NCBI GenBank assembly: GCA_964567575.1
Contig: CAZMMZ010000003.1
Coordinates: forward strand, 10,113 to 74,112
Origin: Candidatus Undinarchaeota archaeon
GTDB lineage: Archaea > Undinarchaeota > Undinarchaeia > Undinarchaeales > UBA543
Length of the DNA stretch: 64,000 nucleotides
Direction of reading: 5' to 3'
The translations under genes and the position numbers were made by a program. This document shows, piece after piece, positions 26,079 through 35,531 of the stretch. How positions within the stretch are numbered: position 1 is the stretch's first letter; the number at the start of each line of letters is the position of its first letter. The notes under the pieces are model-generated. The model was not told the DNA's origin, made no database searches, and worked only from the letters and a program-made list of their open reading frames with translations.

Positions 26079-26438
26079 TTATATCCTGAACATGTTTCTA
26101 CTGAGTTCGCTTGTTATGTTGTTGTGTATCTTGAGATCCGCGCGCTGTTTTTTCGTGAGCTTTTTTTTGCGCGTGCGCTTTGGTGCAGATGACTTTTTTG
26201 TGGTTCTTCTCCTTTTTGTTGTTTTCCTTTTCCAGAGAAGATCCCCGGGGGTGAATTGGAATGTTTCGTCGAGAGTGGTTCCTAGCGCATGCGCGAGTCT
26301 ATGCGCTAGGAGGAGGGAGGGGTTAAATTGGCTCCGCTCGATCAGACCGACGGTCTCACGAGCGACCCCGGATTCTCGCGCCAGCTCCGATTGGGAGAGA
26401 TTCTTCCTTGCACGGAACTCTTTTATCCGGGTTTTCAT
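26079..26438 (-). CDS. XRE/Cro-C1 family HTH transcriptional regulator with basic C-terminal tail
   Basis: MKTRIKEFRARKNLSQSELARESGVARETVGLIERSQFNPSLLLAHRLAHALG; ATG at 26438. Confidence 0.92.
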   Translation of the reverse strand: MKTRIKEFRARKNLSQSELARESGVARETVGLIERSQFNPSLLLAHRLAHALGTTLDETFQFTPGDLLWKRKTTKRRRTTKKSSAPKRTRKKKLTKKQRADLKIHNNITSELSRNMFRI

Positions 26439-26450
26439 AATGTAGTTAAA

Positions 26451-26513
26451 GAGATTAATACCTCTCTTTTTGAGATACACATATCTCTTTATGAGGAATA
26501 TATATCTCTTTCT
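26451..26513. promoter_or_regulatory. Three tandem 21-bp units carrying a GAGAT-N6-ATCTC palindrome (putative operator array)
   Basis: Units start at 26451, 26472 and 26493: gagattaatacctctcttttt / gagatacacatatctctttat / gaggaatatatatctctttct. They lie between the XRE ATG and a minus-strand TTATATA (26516-26522). Confidence 0.75.
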
Positions 26514-26592
26514 GGTATATAAGTGTTGCGTTTGCTATTAACACATAAACCATAACGCTTATATATTATGTCAAGTAGAGCTTAACTCTGAA

Positions 26593-26671
26593 ATTGGTTC
26601 AGTTTGTAGTTCGTAGTTTGTAGTTCGTGGTTACCACTACCTACCTACCACCAACCACTAACCTAACCAAT
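26593..26671 (+). repeat. Heptamer-repeat imperfect hairpin in the thermosome 5' leader
   Basis: (t/c)gt(a/g)gtt x4 at 26605-26632, followed by an A/C-rich complementary arm; attggtt (26593-26599) pairs with aaccaat (26665-26671). Confidence 0.65.
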
Positions 26672-26685
26672 AGGACAAACAAAAA

Positions 26686-28347
26686 ATGACACAACTAACA
26701 GGACAACCAATTGTAATTATGTCTGATAAAGCAAACCGCACACGCGGACGAGATGCACAGCGCATGAATATCATGGCTGGCAAAATCGTAGCTGAAGCAG
26801 TTAAATCAACACTAGGACCAAAAGGAATGGACAAGATGCTTGTCGATTCACTTGGCGACGTCGTCATCACAAATGACGGTGCTACTATTCTTAAAGAAAT
26901 GGATATCCAGCACCCAGCTGCAAAGATGATGGTTGAAGTTTCCAAAGCTCAGGAAGATGAGGTCGGAGACGGAACAACCACAGCAGTTGTTGTTGCAGGC
27001 GAGCTTCTCAAAAAAGCAGAAGACTTACTTGAAATGGATATTCATCCAACAGTGATTGCACGCGGTTACAGAATGGCAAATGACGAGGCACAGAAGTTCC
27101 TCGAAGCAACTGCTGACACAATCTCAAAAGATGATACAGACACTCTAGAGAAAATCGCAATGACAGCAATGACTGGAAAATCCGCAGAACGCGCACGAGA
27201 AAGTCTTGCAAAACTTGCAGTAAAAGCAGTTTCTCTTGTTGCAGATGAATCAAATGGAAAAATTTCAATTGACTCAGATAACATCAAAATCGAAAAGAAA
27301 GAAGGTGGATCAATTGATGATTCAGAATTGATTAGCGGTATAATTCTTGACAAAGAGCGCGTGCACAACGGCATGCCAGAAAAAGTTTCAAGTGCAAAAA
27401 TCGCTTTAGTTGATTCAGCTCTTGAAATTAAGAAAACAGAAACTGATGCAAAGTACAATATTAATGATCCAGCTCAGCTTCAAAGTTTCCTTGAACATGA
27501 AGAAGGAATGTTGAAGAAAATGGTTGAGCAGATTAAAGCAAGCACCGCAACAGTCTTGTTTTGTCAAAAAGGAATCGATGATCTTGCACAACACTTCCTT
27601 GCAAAGGAAGGAATTTTCGCAGTTCGCAGAGTAAAGAAAAGCGACATGGAAAAACTTGCTCGTGCAACCGGTGGAAAAGTTATGACAAGCATCGACGATT
27701 TAAGTTCAACTGATCTTGGAAACGCTGGAATTGTTGAAGCTCGCAAAATCGGTGGAGATGACATGATTTTTGTAACAGAATGTGTTTCACCAAAAGCAGT
27801 TTCAATTCTAATTCGCGGCGGAACCGAGCATGTTGTGGACGAAGTTGATCGCGCATTACAAGATGCAATCGGCGGAGTTTCAGCAAGCATTGAAACCGGC
27901 AAAATTGTTGCTGGTGGTGGAGCAATTGAAATTGAACTTGCAAAAGCACTCAAGGCTGCAGCTGAGAAAGTCTCAGGACGAGAACAGCTAGCAATGACTG
28001 CTTTCGCAGAAGCAATTGAAGTAATTCCACGAACTCTTGCAGAGAACGCAGGACTTGATTCAATTGACAAACTTGTTGAGCTAAGATCAATGCATGAAAC
28101 ACCAGAAGGCAAGAACAACGGCCTTGATGTTTTCGCAAACACAGTAAAAGACATGAAAGCAGAAGGTGTTATTGAACCGCTCAAAATTAAAACACAAGCA
28201 ATTAAGTCAGCTTCTGAAGCTGCAGAAATGATTCTTCGAATTGACGATGTAATCAGTGCAAAAGGTTTCAGTGGTGGCGGAGATGCAGGCGGAGCAATGC
28301 CTCCAGGAATGCCCCCAGGAATGGGCGGAATGCCTGGCATGATGTAG
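26686..28347 (+). CDS. ths: Thermosome (group II chaperonin) subunit
   Basis: [36 protein letters not shown]-repeat C-terminus. Confidence 0.99.
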   Translation: MTQLTGQPIVIMSDKANRTRGRDAQRMNIMAGKIVAEAVKSTLGPKGMDKMLVDSLGDVVITNDGATILKEMDIQHPAAKMMVEVSKAQEDEVGDGTTTAVVVAGELLKKAEDLLEMDIHPTVIARGYRMANDEAQKFLEATADTISKDDTDTLEKIAMTAMTGKSAERARESLAKLAVKAVSLVADESNGKISIDSDNIKIEKKEGGSIDDSELISGIILDKERVHNGMPEKVSSAKIALVDSALEIKKTETDAKYNINDPAQLQSFLEHEEGMLKKMVEQIKASTATVLFCQKGIDDLAQHFLAKEGIFAVRRVKKSDMEKLARATGGKVMTSIDDLSSTDLGNAGIVEARKIGGDDMIFVTECVSPKAVSILIRGGTEHVVDEVDRALQDAIGGVSASIETGKIVAGGGAIEIELAKALKAAAEKVSGREQLAMTAFAEAIEVIPRTLAENAGLDSIDKLVELRSMHETPEGKNNGLDVFANTVKDMKAEGVIEPLKIKTQAIKSASEAAEMILRIDDVISAKGFSGGGDAGGAMPPGMPPGMGGMPGMM

Positions 28348-28365
28348 GTTCGTAAAAACTAATCT

Positions 28366-28401
28366 TAAGCTCTGGTGTAAAAACCAGGGCTTACTCTTTT
28401 T
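28366..28401 (+). terminator. Stem-loop plus T-tract terminator after the thermosome gene
   Basis: TAAGCTCTGG-tgtaaaaa-CCAGGGCTTA followed by ctcttttt. Confidence 0.6.
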
Positions 28402-28461
28402 CTAACTTTTCATACTTAAAAACCTTTAAATACCCAGATTGCTTATTCGCTTTGATGCAAT

Positions 28462-29118
28462 ATGCCTGAGAAATCTCAAATGTACGAGATCGTCCCCGTG
28501 GACCCTCTTTCTAAGCTTCAGAAGAAGCACCAGACACTTGAAGAAGATATTCGAGAGATTAAATCGGCTCTTAGAGGAACCGTTGGACTTTCTAAAATAG
28601 AATCAAATGCAGATCAATTCATTCAGCGAATGCTTGAGCTTATGACATCCTCTCAGAAAATGGTTGAAGAAGTCGCCAGCTCAAATCAGAAGGTTGCGAC
28701 ACGAATTCAAGCAGCAATTGACAAGATGAATCAAGTAAATGAAGAATTATCAGTCAAACTCACACAAATTCTCAACTTCTTTGCACAGGCCACAGATGCA
28801 ATGACAGATGGGGGTGATTCCGAATCCTCTGATGATCTTGTTGATTCTCTTAATAATCTCAAAAAGATAATGGAAGGGCTTGCAGAAAGCAATGCAAAAA
28901 CAAATCAGGTTCTCGGGTCACTTGATACTCATTTGAAGAAAAGAGTAGCAAGGCGAAGGCCAAGTCAAATGCAGAGGTTGCCTTCATTGGTTGGAATACC
29001 ACCAGCTGCTCCTCCACAAGCGCCACCTGCATCACAACAAGGACAAGCACAAGGGCAAAGAAAAGCTCCAGCGCAAGGCGGAGAACCAGATCTTCCACCG
29101 CCCCCCTTTCCTCCTTAA
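28462..29118 (+). CDS. Coiled-coil protein with Pro/Gln-rich C-terminus heading the pilus locus
   Basis: Long heptad region; ends DLPPPPFPP. Confidence 0.75.
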   Translation: MPEKSQMYEIVPVDPLSKLQKKHQTLEEDIREIKSALRGTVGLSKIESNADQFIQRMLELMTSSQKMVEEVASSNQKVATRIQAAIDKMNQVNEELSVKLTQILNFFAQATDAMTDGGDSESSDDLVDSLNNLKKIMEGLAESNAKTNQVLGSLDTHLKKRVARRRPSQMQRLPSLVGIPPAAPPQAPPASQQGQAQGQRKAPAQGGEPDLPPPPFPP

Positions 29119-29121
29119 ACA

Positions 29122-29331
29122 ATGACAACTAGAAAAGCACACAAAATCGTGATACAACTCATAATCATACTAGCTTTTGTATTTGGATTAATAGTTGCAC
29201 TTATTGCACGACAAACCGGTAGCTACGAAGTCGGAATAATTTTTGTCGGAGCTGTTCAGATAATAATTCTTCTAGCAATTCTTTATGTACTTGAACATGT
29301 TATTGAATTTATGGAGGTTCATGTTAAATGA
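29122..29331 (+). CDS. Small 2-TM membrane protein
   Basis: 69 aa, hydrophobic; its stop overlaps the pilin start. Confidence 0.7.
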   Translation: MTTRKAHKIVIQLIIILAFVFGLIVALIARQTGSYEVGIIFVGAVQIIILLAILYVLEHVIEFMEVHVK

Positions 29332-29834
29332 AGTCGCATCGCAAAAAAATGCAGAATAGAAAAGGCATAACCCCAATCATCTCAGTTATTCTACTCCTTA
29401 TGATGACCATTGCTATTGCTGGTCTTGCTTATTCCTGGCTTCAGAAAATGCAAGGAAGCATAACAACTTCAACAGAAAACAGGACTGCAGAATTGCTCGG
29501 TGGTTTGAAAATTGAGCTCAAGGTTGATGGTTATTACATGAATTGTACAACTGGTTCTAACTTGACAACCTTCTATGTCAGAAACGCAGGAAGCGAAGCT
29601 GCGTCAAATGCGAGAATATTTGCTGACGATCAGTTCTTTGTCAATGGTACCGGAGGTACTAACTCGACATACGGAACAATTTCAGCAGGTCAAATGGTAA
29701 CCTTTGCAATAAATGCAACCGATGGTTGCAACTTCTTTAATGAAACTCCTAGAACTATCAAAGTTGTCAGTGACCGCTCAACTGTTGAAAAGGCATTCAC
29801 CTTCACCTGTTCTGAAGGCAATTGTATAGGTTAA
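29328..29834 (+). CDS. Archaeal type IV pilin (probable major pilin)
   Basis: Class III signal RKG|ITPIISVILLLMMTIAIAG. Confidence 0.9.
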   Translation: MKSHRKKMQNRKGITPIISVILLLMMTIAIAGLAYSWLQKMQGSITTSTENRTAELLGGLKIELKVDGYYMNCTTGSNLTTFYVRNAGSEAASNARIFADDQFFVNGTGGTNSTYGTISAGQMVTFAINATDGCNFFNETPRTIKVVSDRSTVEKAFTFTCSEGNCIG

Positions 29835-29872
29835 TCGAATTCTAAAACCTTATAACTATCTCAAGATTATCC

Positions 29873-30532
29873 ATGATTATGTATCCTTCTTCGAGAAAAG
29901 CGCAGTCTGAAGTTTTGTCAAAAGTAGTAGTTGTCCTTATACTGTTGGCTCTTTCTTCATTCGCATATACATGGGGTTCAAATCTTATTGAAGCTCAAAA
30001 AATGCGATCTGAAGTTGAGGAAATCCAATCAAAATTTTTAGAATTGAAAACAAAAATCACTGAAGTTGCAAATGCAGGAAATGGCTCTGCAAGATTTGTT
30101 GATTTGAAACTCGAGTATGGTATTCTTTCAATTGAACCTGGCGAGCCTTGCAGTGGAACTGATCCAGATAATAATATGCTTCGCTATGTTCTTTCAACTA
30201 AAGATAATTTTGTTGATTCTTTAACCTGGGCTCTTTCAGATTCTGCTAATAAAAATCTTAATTGCATAGCTCCTTACGAAAACAGTAGTTCCGGAATTAT
30301 AATTTCAAAATCCACAGTCTCCGAAGGTTTAAGCATGAATGAATATGCGTTGTGGTTCCGCAAATTGAATCAGTCTGGAAATACAAATCAATTTTTAATT
30401 AATCTCACAACAGGGTCAGCAGATTCAGATATGCGTCTCACAGCTGGCTCACATCAAATTCGAGTTGAATCTCAAGGATCTGTCCAAGTCGGCACATCCT
30501 CTTACACAAAAGTGTTGATAAGTGATGTATGA
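29873..30532 (+). CDS. Class III signal peptide protein (minor pilin)
   Basis: RKA|QSEVLSKVVVVLILLAL. Confidence 0.8.
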   Translation: MIMYPSSRKAQSEVLSKVVVVLILLALSSFAYTWGSNLIEAQKMRSEVEEIQSKFLELKTKITEVANAGNGSARFVDLKLEYGILSIEPGEPCSGTDPDNNMLRYVLSTKDNFVDSLTWALSDSANKNLNCIAPYENSSSGIIISKSTVSEGLSMNEYALWFRKLNQSGNTNQFLINLTTGSADSDMRLTAGSHQIRVESQGSVQVGTSSYTKVLISDV

Positions 30533-31215
30533 ATTTCAAAAATAAAAAAGCACAAGCAGAATTGATTTCATTTGTCCTAGTTGCAATCATAGTTATTATT
30601 GTCGTTCTTGCTTCATATGCGTGGGGTTCTCAAATTCTTGATGATCGAAAAGAATCTTATGCAGCTACAAAAATGCGAGATAAAATGTTCGAGATTCGCG
30701 AAGCTGTTATGAGTGTTGCGCAAGAAGGTGCGAATTCAACTCGCGTTGTTTCTGTTATTATTGAAGATGGGAAATTATATCTTGACACGAGTTTCATTCC
30801 AGTTTCGTGCGGTCAGGCGCGGGCAGATAATGGAATTATTTATGAAATTGCAACAAAGGAGCAAATTGTTAATTCAGAATCATGGGCCAATGTTGATCCA
30901 TATGAAAATGAAACCGGTGATCTGTGTACTGTTGGCGGTCCATCTCTAAGTTATCCTGGAGTTTTATTTGCACGGCATCGAGGAACTGGTGAAAATGGAA
31001 AATATTTGAATCAATATCTACTTTCATTTAGAAATCTCAAGGACATTAGCACCGGCGAGAGTCACATAATCCGCATTGGTTCTTCAGAAATCGGGCAAAA
31101 CACAACTGGAATTGGTGAAGGAAAACACAATATTCTTATTCGTAATAACGCGATTACTTTTGATTCTGCAAATTCTCGGTGGACACATGAGATTTCACTG
31201 ATTTTCGACCCATAA
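30529..31215 (+). CDS. Class III signal peptide protein (minor pilin, paralog of the upstream gene)
   Basis: KKA|QAELISFVLVAII; shares AYxWG, V..G..S.R and FR.L motifs with 29873-30532. Confidence 0.8.
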   Translation: MNFKNKKAQAELISFVLVAIIVIIVVLASYAWGSQILDDRKESYAATKMRDKMFEIREAVMSVAQEGANSTRVVSVIIEDGKLYLDTSFIPVSCGQARADNGIIYEIATKEQIVNSESWANVDPYENETGDLCTVGGPSLSYPGVLFARHRGTGENGKYLNQYLLSFRNLKDISTGESHIIRIGSSEIGQNTTGIGEGKHNILIRNNAITFDSANSRWTHEISLIFDP

Positions 31216-31261
31216 AGCGAATACACTAAACCTTTTATACTGAAAACGATTATCTCGATTA

Positions 31262-31699
31262 ATGAGAAACTGTAAGGGTGTCAGCACTATTATGGAGCAG
31301 GTCTTCATCCTGATGTTTGGTGTCCTGTTATTGATAACTGTAGTGGTGACATTCTCAGACTTAAAGGACGATACTGTCGAGTACTCGGCAATTCCTCAGT
31401 ATGAGGCAGTTGCTCAGCATATGCACGCTGTTGTTATTTCAGCGCAGGAACAAATGCAATTGGCTGAATCAGGATACATCGGCTTCACAATACCGCGTGA
31501 AATCGCTGGGAAAAACTACATAATGCGTTTCAATAATACGCACATACGGGTTGAGGATTTCCAGCAGGAAATAAACCAGACTGTTCTGCTTGCGCAGAGT
31601 AACATAACAGTATCTGGAAATGTCAGTTCTTCTGACAGCGGAAAAGCACGCGCATATTTCAATACAACTGAAAGGAGTGTAACATTCACAACGATATGA
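31262..31699 (+). CDS. Class III signal peptide protein (minor pilin)
   Basis: KG|VSTIMEQVFILMFG, then IPREIAGKNY. Confidence 0.8.
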   Translation: MRNCKGVSTIMEQVFILMFGVLLLITVVVTFSDLKDDTVEYSAIPQYEAVAQHMHAVVISAQEQMQLAESGYIGFTIPREIAGKNYIMRFNNTHIRVEDFQQEINQTVLLAQSNITVSGNVSSSDSGKARAYFNTTERSVTFTTI

Positions 31700-33783
31700 A
31701 CAGAAACTTCAAGCGTTTTCTAAAGCATGCGGCAAGCGCCGTGAAAGAGCACCATGATAATGAGATTTTGAAAAAAGCTCACGTTGCTCCAGTTTCACAT
31801 TCTAAACCAAAACCAGAAGAAAAACCAAAAGCAGTCGCACCTAAAAAACCAATTAATATTCACGAGGATTTGAAAAAAGAAGGAGTTCCTGCAGAACTCA
31901 GTCACAAGATGCACAAAGTTGTTGAAGATCATCCTGACAGCGATGCAAAAGAAGTTCTTGGTGGTGCAATACAACAAGCAATTGAACACAAGAAGAAAGG
32001 GAACATTATGCCAGAAGGTCTTACAAAGATTGTTGAAGAGGCAGTTGCTGAACAAGAGAAAGGTGTTTCAAAAGAAGAGCTCAGTGATCTTATTTCTGAA
32101 ATTATGAAATCTGAATTGGCAAAAGTTGAGTCAATGAAAACTCATTACAAAGAATCTCATCCTGAAGCGCCAATTGAAGATTCACGCCTTGCAGGTGGAA
32201 TTCCGGATGTTGCAATGCCGGTTCCTTCAACTATTAAGCAAGATATTATTCAAGCAGAATCAAAAGGTCTTGCTGTTGACATAGATCTTACAAAAACCAA
32301 CATCACGTACCCGCTTATTTACAGTGGGGGGAAAGTTCATGTTTATGCAAATATCAGATACGATCCAACAATGCATCATTTAACTTTCCGAGTTATTGAA
32401 CCGCAATTAAGTGCAGAAGAGCAAAAGCAATTGGCGAAAATTGAGAACACACTTATTGAAGAACTTGAAGTTGATTTCTCAGCTCTCAAAAAACAAACTG
32501 CTGAAAAATATCTTTTTGAAAAAATTAACAGTGTTATTGAATATTACGGAATGAAAATGACTTCGCGCACTAAGGAAATTATGGATTATTATATCAAACG
32601 AGATTTCATTGGACTCGGTCCAATTGAACCGATGTTCCAGGATCTTAATATTGAGGATATTTCCTGTGACGGAACTGGAATTCCAATTTATGTTTATCAC
32701 CGCGATCCTCGATTCGGTTCTCTTCGTTCAACAATTTCTTTCAAGGAGGAGGATTCTTTAGATTCATTTGTAATGAAGCTCGCACAGCGGTGCGGCCGTT
32801 CGATTTCTGTTGCAGATCCTTTGCTTGATGGTGCGCTTCCGGATGGATCTCGTGTTCAGGCCACATTTGGTACTGGCATTTCTATGAAAGGTTCAAACTT
32901 CACAATCCGAAAATTCACTAAAGATCCTCTTACTTTTGTTGATCTTGTAAAGTACGGGACAGTCAGTGCAGAGCTTCTTGCATATTTGTGGCTTGCAATG
33001 GAACACAACAAATCAGTTCTTATTGCCGGACCAACTGCTTCTGGAAAAACAACAATGCTTAATGCGCTCTCGCTTTTCATTCGACCTGAATTAAAAATTG
33101 TTTCAATTGAGGATACGCCCGAATTGAGACTGCCACATGAGAACTGGATTTCTCAGGTTTCAAGAACTGGTTTCGGCCCTGAGGGAGCTTCTGGAAAGAA
33201 GCTTGGGGAGATTTCGCTTTTCGATTTGCTTAAGGCATCGTTGCGTCAAAGACCAGATGAGATAATTGTCGGAGAGGTTCGTGGTAAAGAGGCGTATGTT
33301 CTCTTCCAGCAAATCGCTACCGGTCACCCTGGTATGAGCACGATTCACGCAGAATCTATGGAAGCTGTTATCAACAGACTTACAACTCCTCCAATTTCTT
33401 TGCCAGCAAGTTTGATTCAGCACCTTGATATCCTTCTTGTTATGACTCGACAAAGAATGGAAGGAAAATACAAAAGACGAATTAAAGAAGCCGTTGAGGT
33501 TATTGGTTACGATACAAATAAGGATAGACCGTTCTTGAATATTCCTTATCATTGGATTCCTTCTGAAGATAAATTTGAATATAATGGAAAGAGTGGAATT
33601 CTCAAGGAGATAATGGAAACAATCGGAGCTTCTCCAGAGGGAATTTTCGGAGAAATTGACCGCCGAGTTAAAGTAATTGAGTGGATGGTTCGGTCAGGAA
33701 TTCGCGATTACAAAAACGTGGGCAAAGTGGTGAGTGAATATTACCAGAGCCCGCAAACTGTTCTGGAGAGAATAGATATCTAA
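31696..33783 (+). CDS. Type II/IV secretion (pilus assembly) ATPase, FlaI/PilB-like
   Basis: IEDISCDG, GALPDGSRVQ, FTIRKF, GPTASGKTT, IVSIEDTPE, LRQRPDEIIVGEVRG, TGHPGMSTIHA. Confidence 0.96.
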   Translation: MNRNFKRFLKHAASAVKEHHDNEILKKAHVAPVSHSKPKPEEKPKAVAPKKPINIHEDLKKEGVPAELSHKMHKVVEDHPDSDAKEVLGGAIQQAIEHKKKGNIMPEGLTKIVEEAVAEQEKGVSKEELSDLISEIMKSELAKVESMKTHYKESHPEAPIEDSRLAGGIPDVAMPVPSTIKQDIIQAESKGLAVDIDLTKTNITYPLIYSGGKVHVYANIRYDPTMHHLTFRVIEPQLSAEEQKQLAKIENTLIEELEVDFSALKKQTAEKYLFEKINSVIEYYGMKMTSRTKEIMDYYIKRDFIGLGPIEPMFQDLNIEDISCDGTGIPIYVYHRDPRFGSLRSTISFKEEDSLDSFVMKLAQRCGRSISVADPLLDGALPDGSRVQATFGTGISMKGSNFTIRKFTKDPLTFVDLVKYGTVSAELLAYLWLAMEHNKSVLIAGPTASGKTTMLNALSLFIRPELKIVSIEDTPELRLPHENWISQVSRTGFGPEGASGKKLGEISLFDLLKASLRQRPDEIIVGEVRGKEAYVLFQQIATGHPGMSTIHAESMEAVINRLTTPPISLPASLIQHLDILLVMTRQRMEGKYKRRIKEAVEVIGYDTNKDRPFLNIPYHWIPSEDKFEYNGKSGILKEIMETIGASPEGIFGEIDRRVKVIEWMVRSGIRDYKNVGKVVSEYYQSPQTVLERIDI

Positions 33784-33784
33784 G

Positions 33785-34654
33785 ATGGACTTGAAAAAGG
33801 AATACAAACAACTTGCTGCCAGACTTTTTAATACGTTTGTTGATTCTTATCTCTCTAAATTTTCTTGGGTGAAAAAGGATCTTCGTAAAGCAGGTATCAA
33901 AATCATGCTTCGGGAGTATCTTAGTATTGCTTTACTGACAACAATTTTGCTTATTCCAGTTTGGTTTATTGTTATTTTCTTTTTCATGACACTTTTTAGT
34001 ATTCCAGCGCCGATTTTGTCAACACTTCTCTTAACAATTCTTTTAACAGGAGGCACTGCGTTTCTTTCTCTAGAATATCCAGCTACAAAAGCAAAAGAGC
34101 GCGCGCGGAATATTGATAATAATCTTCCTTTCGCTTGCCTTTACATGAACACAATTGCAGGCACTGGCGCTGCTCCCCATCTGATTTTTAAATTCCTTTC
34201 TGAATTCAAAGAATATGGAGCTGTTTCTGAAGAAGCTAAGAAAATAAATGATGACATTGAAGTGATGGGTGAGGATATTGAAAAAGCGCTTCGCCGCGCT
34301 GCTCGCGAAACACCATCTGAGAATTTAAGAGATTTGCTTTGGGGTATGATCACTACAATTGTTCAGGGTGGTGATTTGAAATCACTTCTTGATGCAAAAT
34401 CGCATCACTTGATGGAAGCGTATCGCCGAAAGCTTGAGGATTTCACTACTAATGTTAGCATGTATGTTGAGATTTACATCACTGTTGTGATTGTCGGCTC
34501 GATATTTTCAATTGTTATGATGACGATTATGGGTGCCATATCAGGTTTCGGAACTTTGCAAGCGTTCCAGACTTTAATGGTTTACGTGTTCCTTCCAGTT
34601 GCATCTATTGTATTCATATTCCTACTGAGATTAATTTCTCCACTTTCAAAATAA
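33785..34654 (+). CDS. Type II secretion system F-family platform protein (TadC/PilC-like)
   Basis: IDNNLPFA..YM..IA..G, YGAVSEE, TPSE; TM helices. Confidence 0.9.
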   Translation: MDLKKEYKQLAARLFNTFVDSYLSKFSWVKKDLRKAGIKIMLREYLSIALLTTILLIPVWFIVIFFFMTLFSIPAPILSTLLLTILLTGGTAFLSLEYPATKAKERARNIDNNLPFACLYMNTIAGTGAAPHLIFKFLSEFKEYGAVSEEAKKINDDIEVMGEDIEKALRRAARETPSENLRDLLWGMITTIVQGGDLKSLLDAKSHHLMEAYRRKLEDFTTNVSMYVEIYITVVIVGSIFSIVMMTIMGAISGFGTLQAFQTLMVYVFLPVASIVFIFLLRLISPLSK

Positions 34655-34655
34655 A

Positions 34656-35531
34656 ATGGCAATAAATCCGTTTAACAAAGAAGAAAGAACCCCTGCAGAT
34701 AAAGGGGACCTTATTCTTGGTCTTGAGAAACGGTATGCAGTGCTTATATTTTCTGGGATGGGTGCGGCTTTCACTTTTGTTATGATGGTTCTTTTTGCAC
34801 CATCTGATATGTTTGGTTTTTCTGTTGGAGTTGCACTTACTGTTGCATTTGTTCCGTATTCGATTTACGCATACCTTGAAAAGAAAGCAATTATTGACAT
34901 GGAGAAGAATTTGCCATCATTCCTTCGCGATATTGCAGAGTCTAGGAAAACTGGAATGACTTTGCCGCAGGCCTTGTACAAGAGCGCGCAGGTTGATTAT
35001 GGTAAACTTTCAGTTGAGTTGAAGAAAATGGCGAATCAGATTTCGTGGGGCGTTCCGTTCCATGATGTGCTTGCTCGATTTTCAAAACGATCAAAAAGTG
35101 GTTTCATTCAACGGTCAATTGCAATTATCATAGAAGCGCAACAAAGTGGTGGAGCTCTTGTTGAAACTCTTGATGCTGTTGCTCGTGATGCACGCATGTT
35201 AAAGGAAGCAGAAGCGGAACGTAAATCAAAATTGAATCAGCAGGCTGTTATTATTTATGCGATTTTCTTTTTGTTCATGATTATTGTTGTGGCTTTGCAG
35301 AAACTGATGATGCCTCTTATTTATTCTAAGGGTTTCGCGCTCGCAACTGAAGATCCAGATCTGATTATCAGCTACTATCAGAACTTATTCTTTTCAATGA
35401 TTTTAATCCAAGGTCTTTTCAATGGAATGATTGCAGGGCAAATTGGAGAAGGTTCACCAATTCTTGGTTTGAAGCATAGTGCGATTTTCGTAATTGTGGG
35501 AGTGATGGTCTCATGGCTGTTTATATTTTGA
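34656..35531 (+). CDS. Type II secretion system F-family platform protein (TadB/PilC-like)
   Basis: MEKNLPSFLRDIAE...GMTL, YGKLSVE, SGG.L.E.L, GQIGEG. Confidence 0.9.
   Translation: MAINPFNKEERTPADKGDLILGLEKRYAVLIFSGMGAAFTFVMMVLFAPSDMFGFSVGVALTVAFVPYSIYAYLEKKAIIDMEKNLPSFLRDIAESRKTGMTLPQALYKSAQVDYGKLSVELKKMANQISWGVPFHDVLARFSKRSKSGFIQRSIAIIIEAQQSGGALVETLDAVARDARMLKEAEAERKSKLNQQAVIIYAIFFLFMIIVVALQKLMMPLIYSKGFALATEDPDLIISYYQNLFFSMILIQGLFNGMIAGQIGEGSPILGLKHSAIFVIVGVMVSWLFIF

Noticed and set aside
27066-28340. Long antisense ORFs (e.g. 27564-28340, 19195-19767, 3523-3921, 55224-55694, 6683-7117)
   Set aside because: They fully overlap well-supported genes on the other strand and have shadow-like composition.
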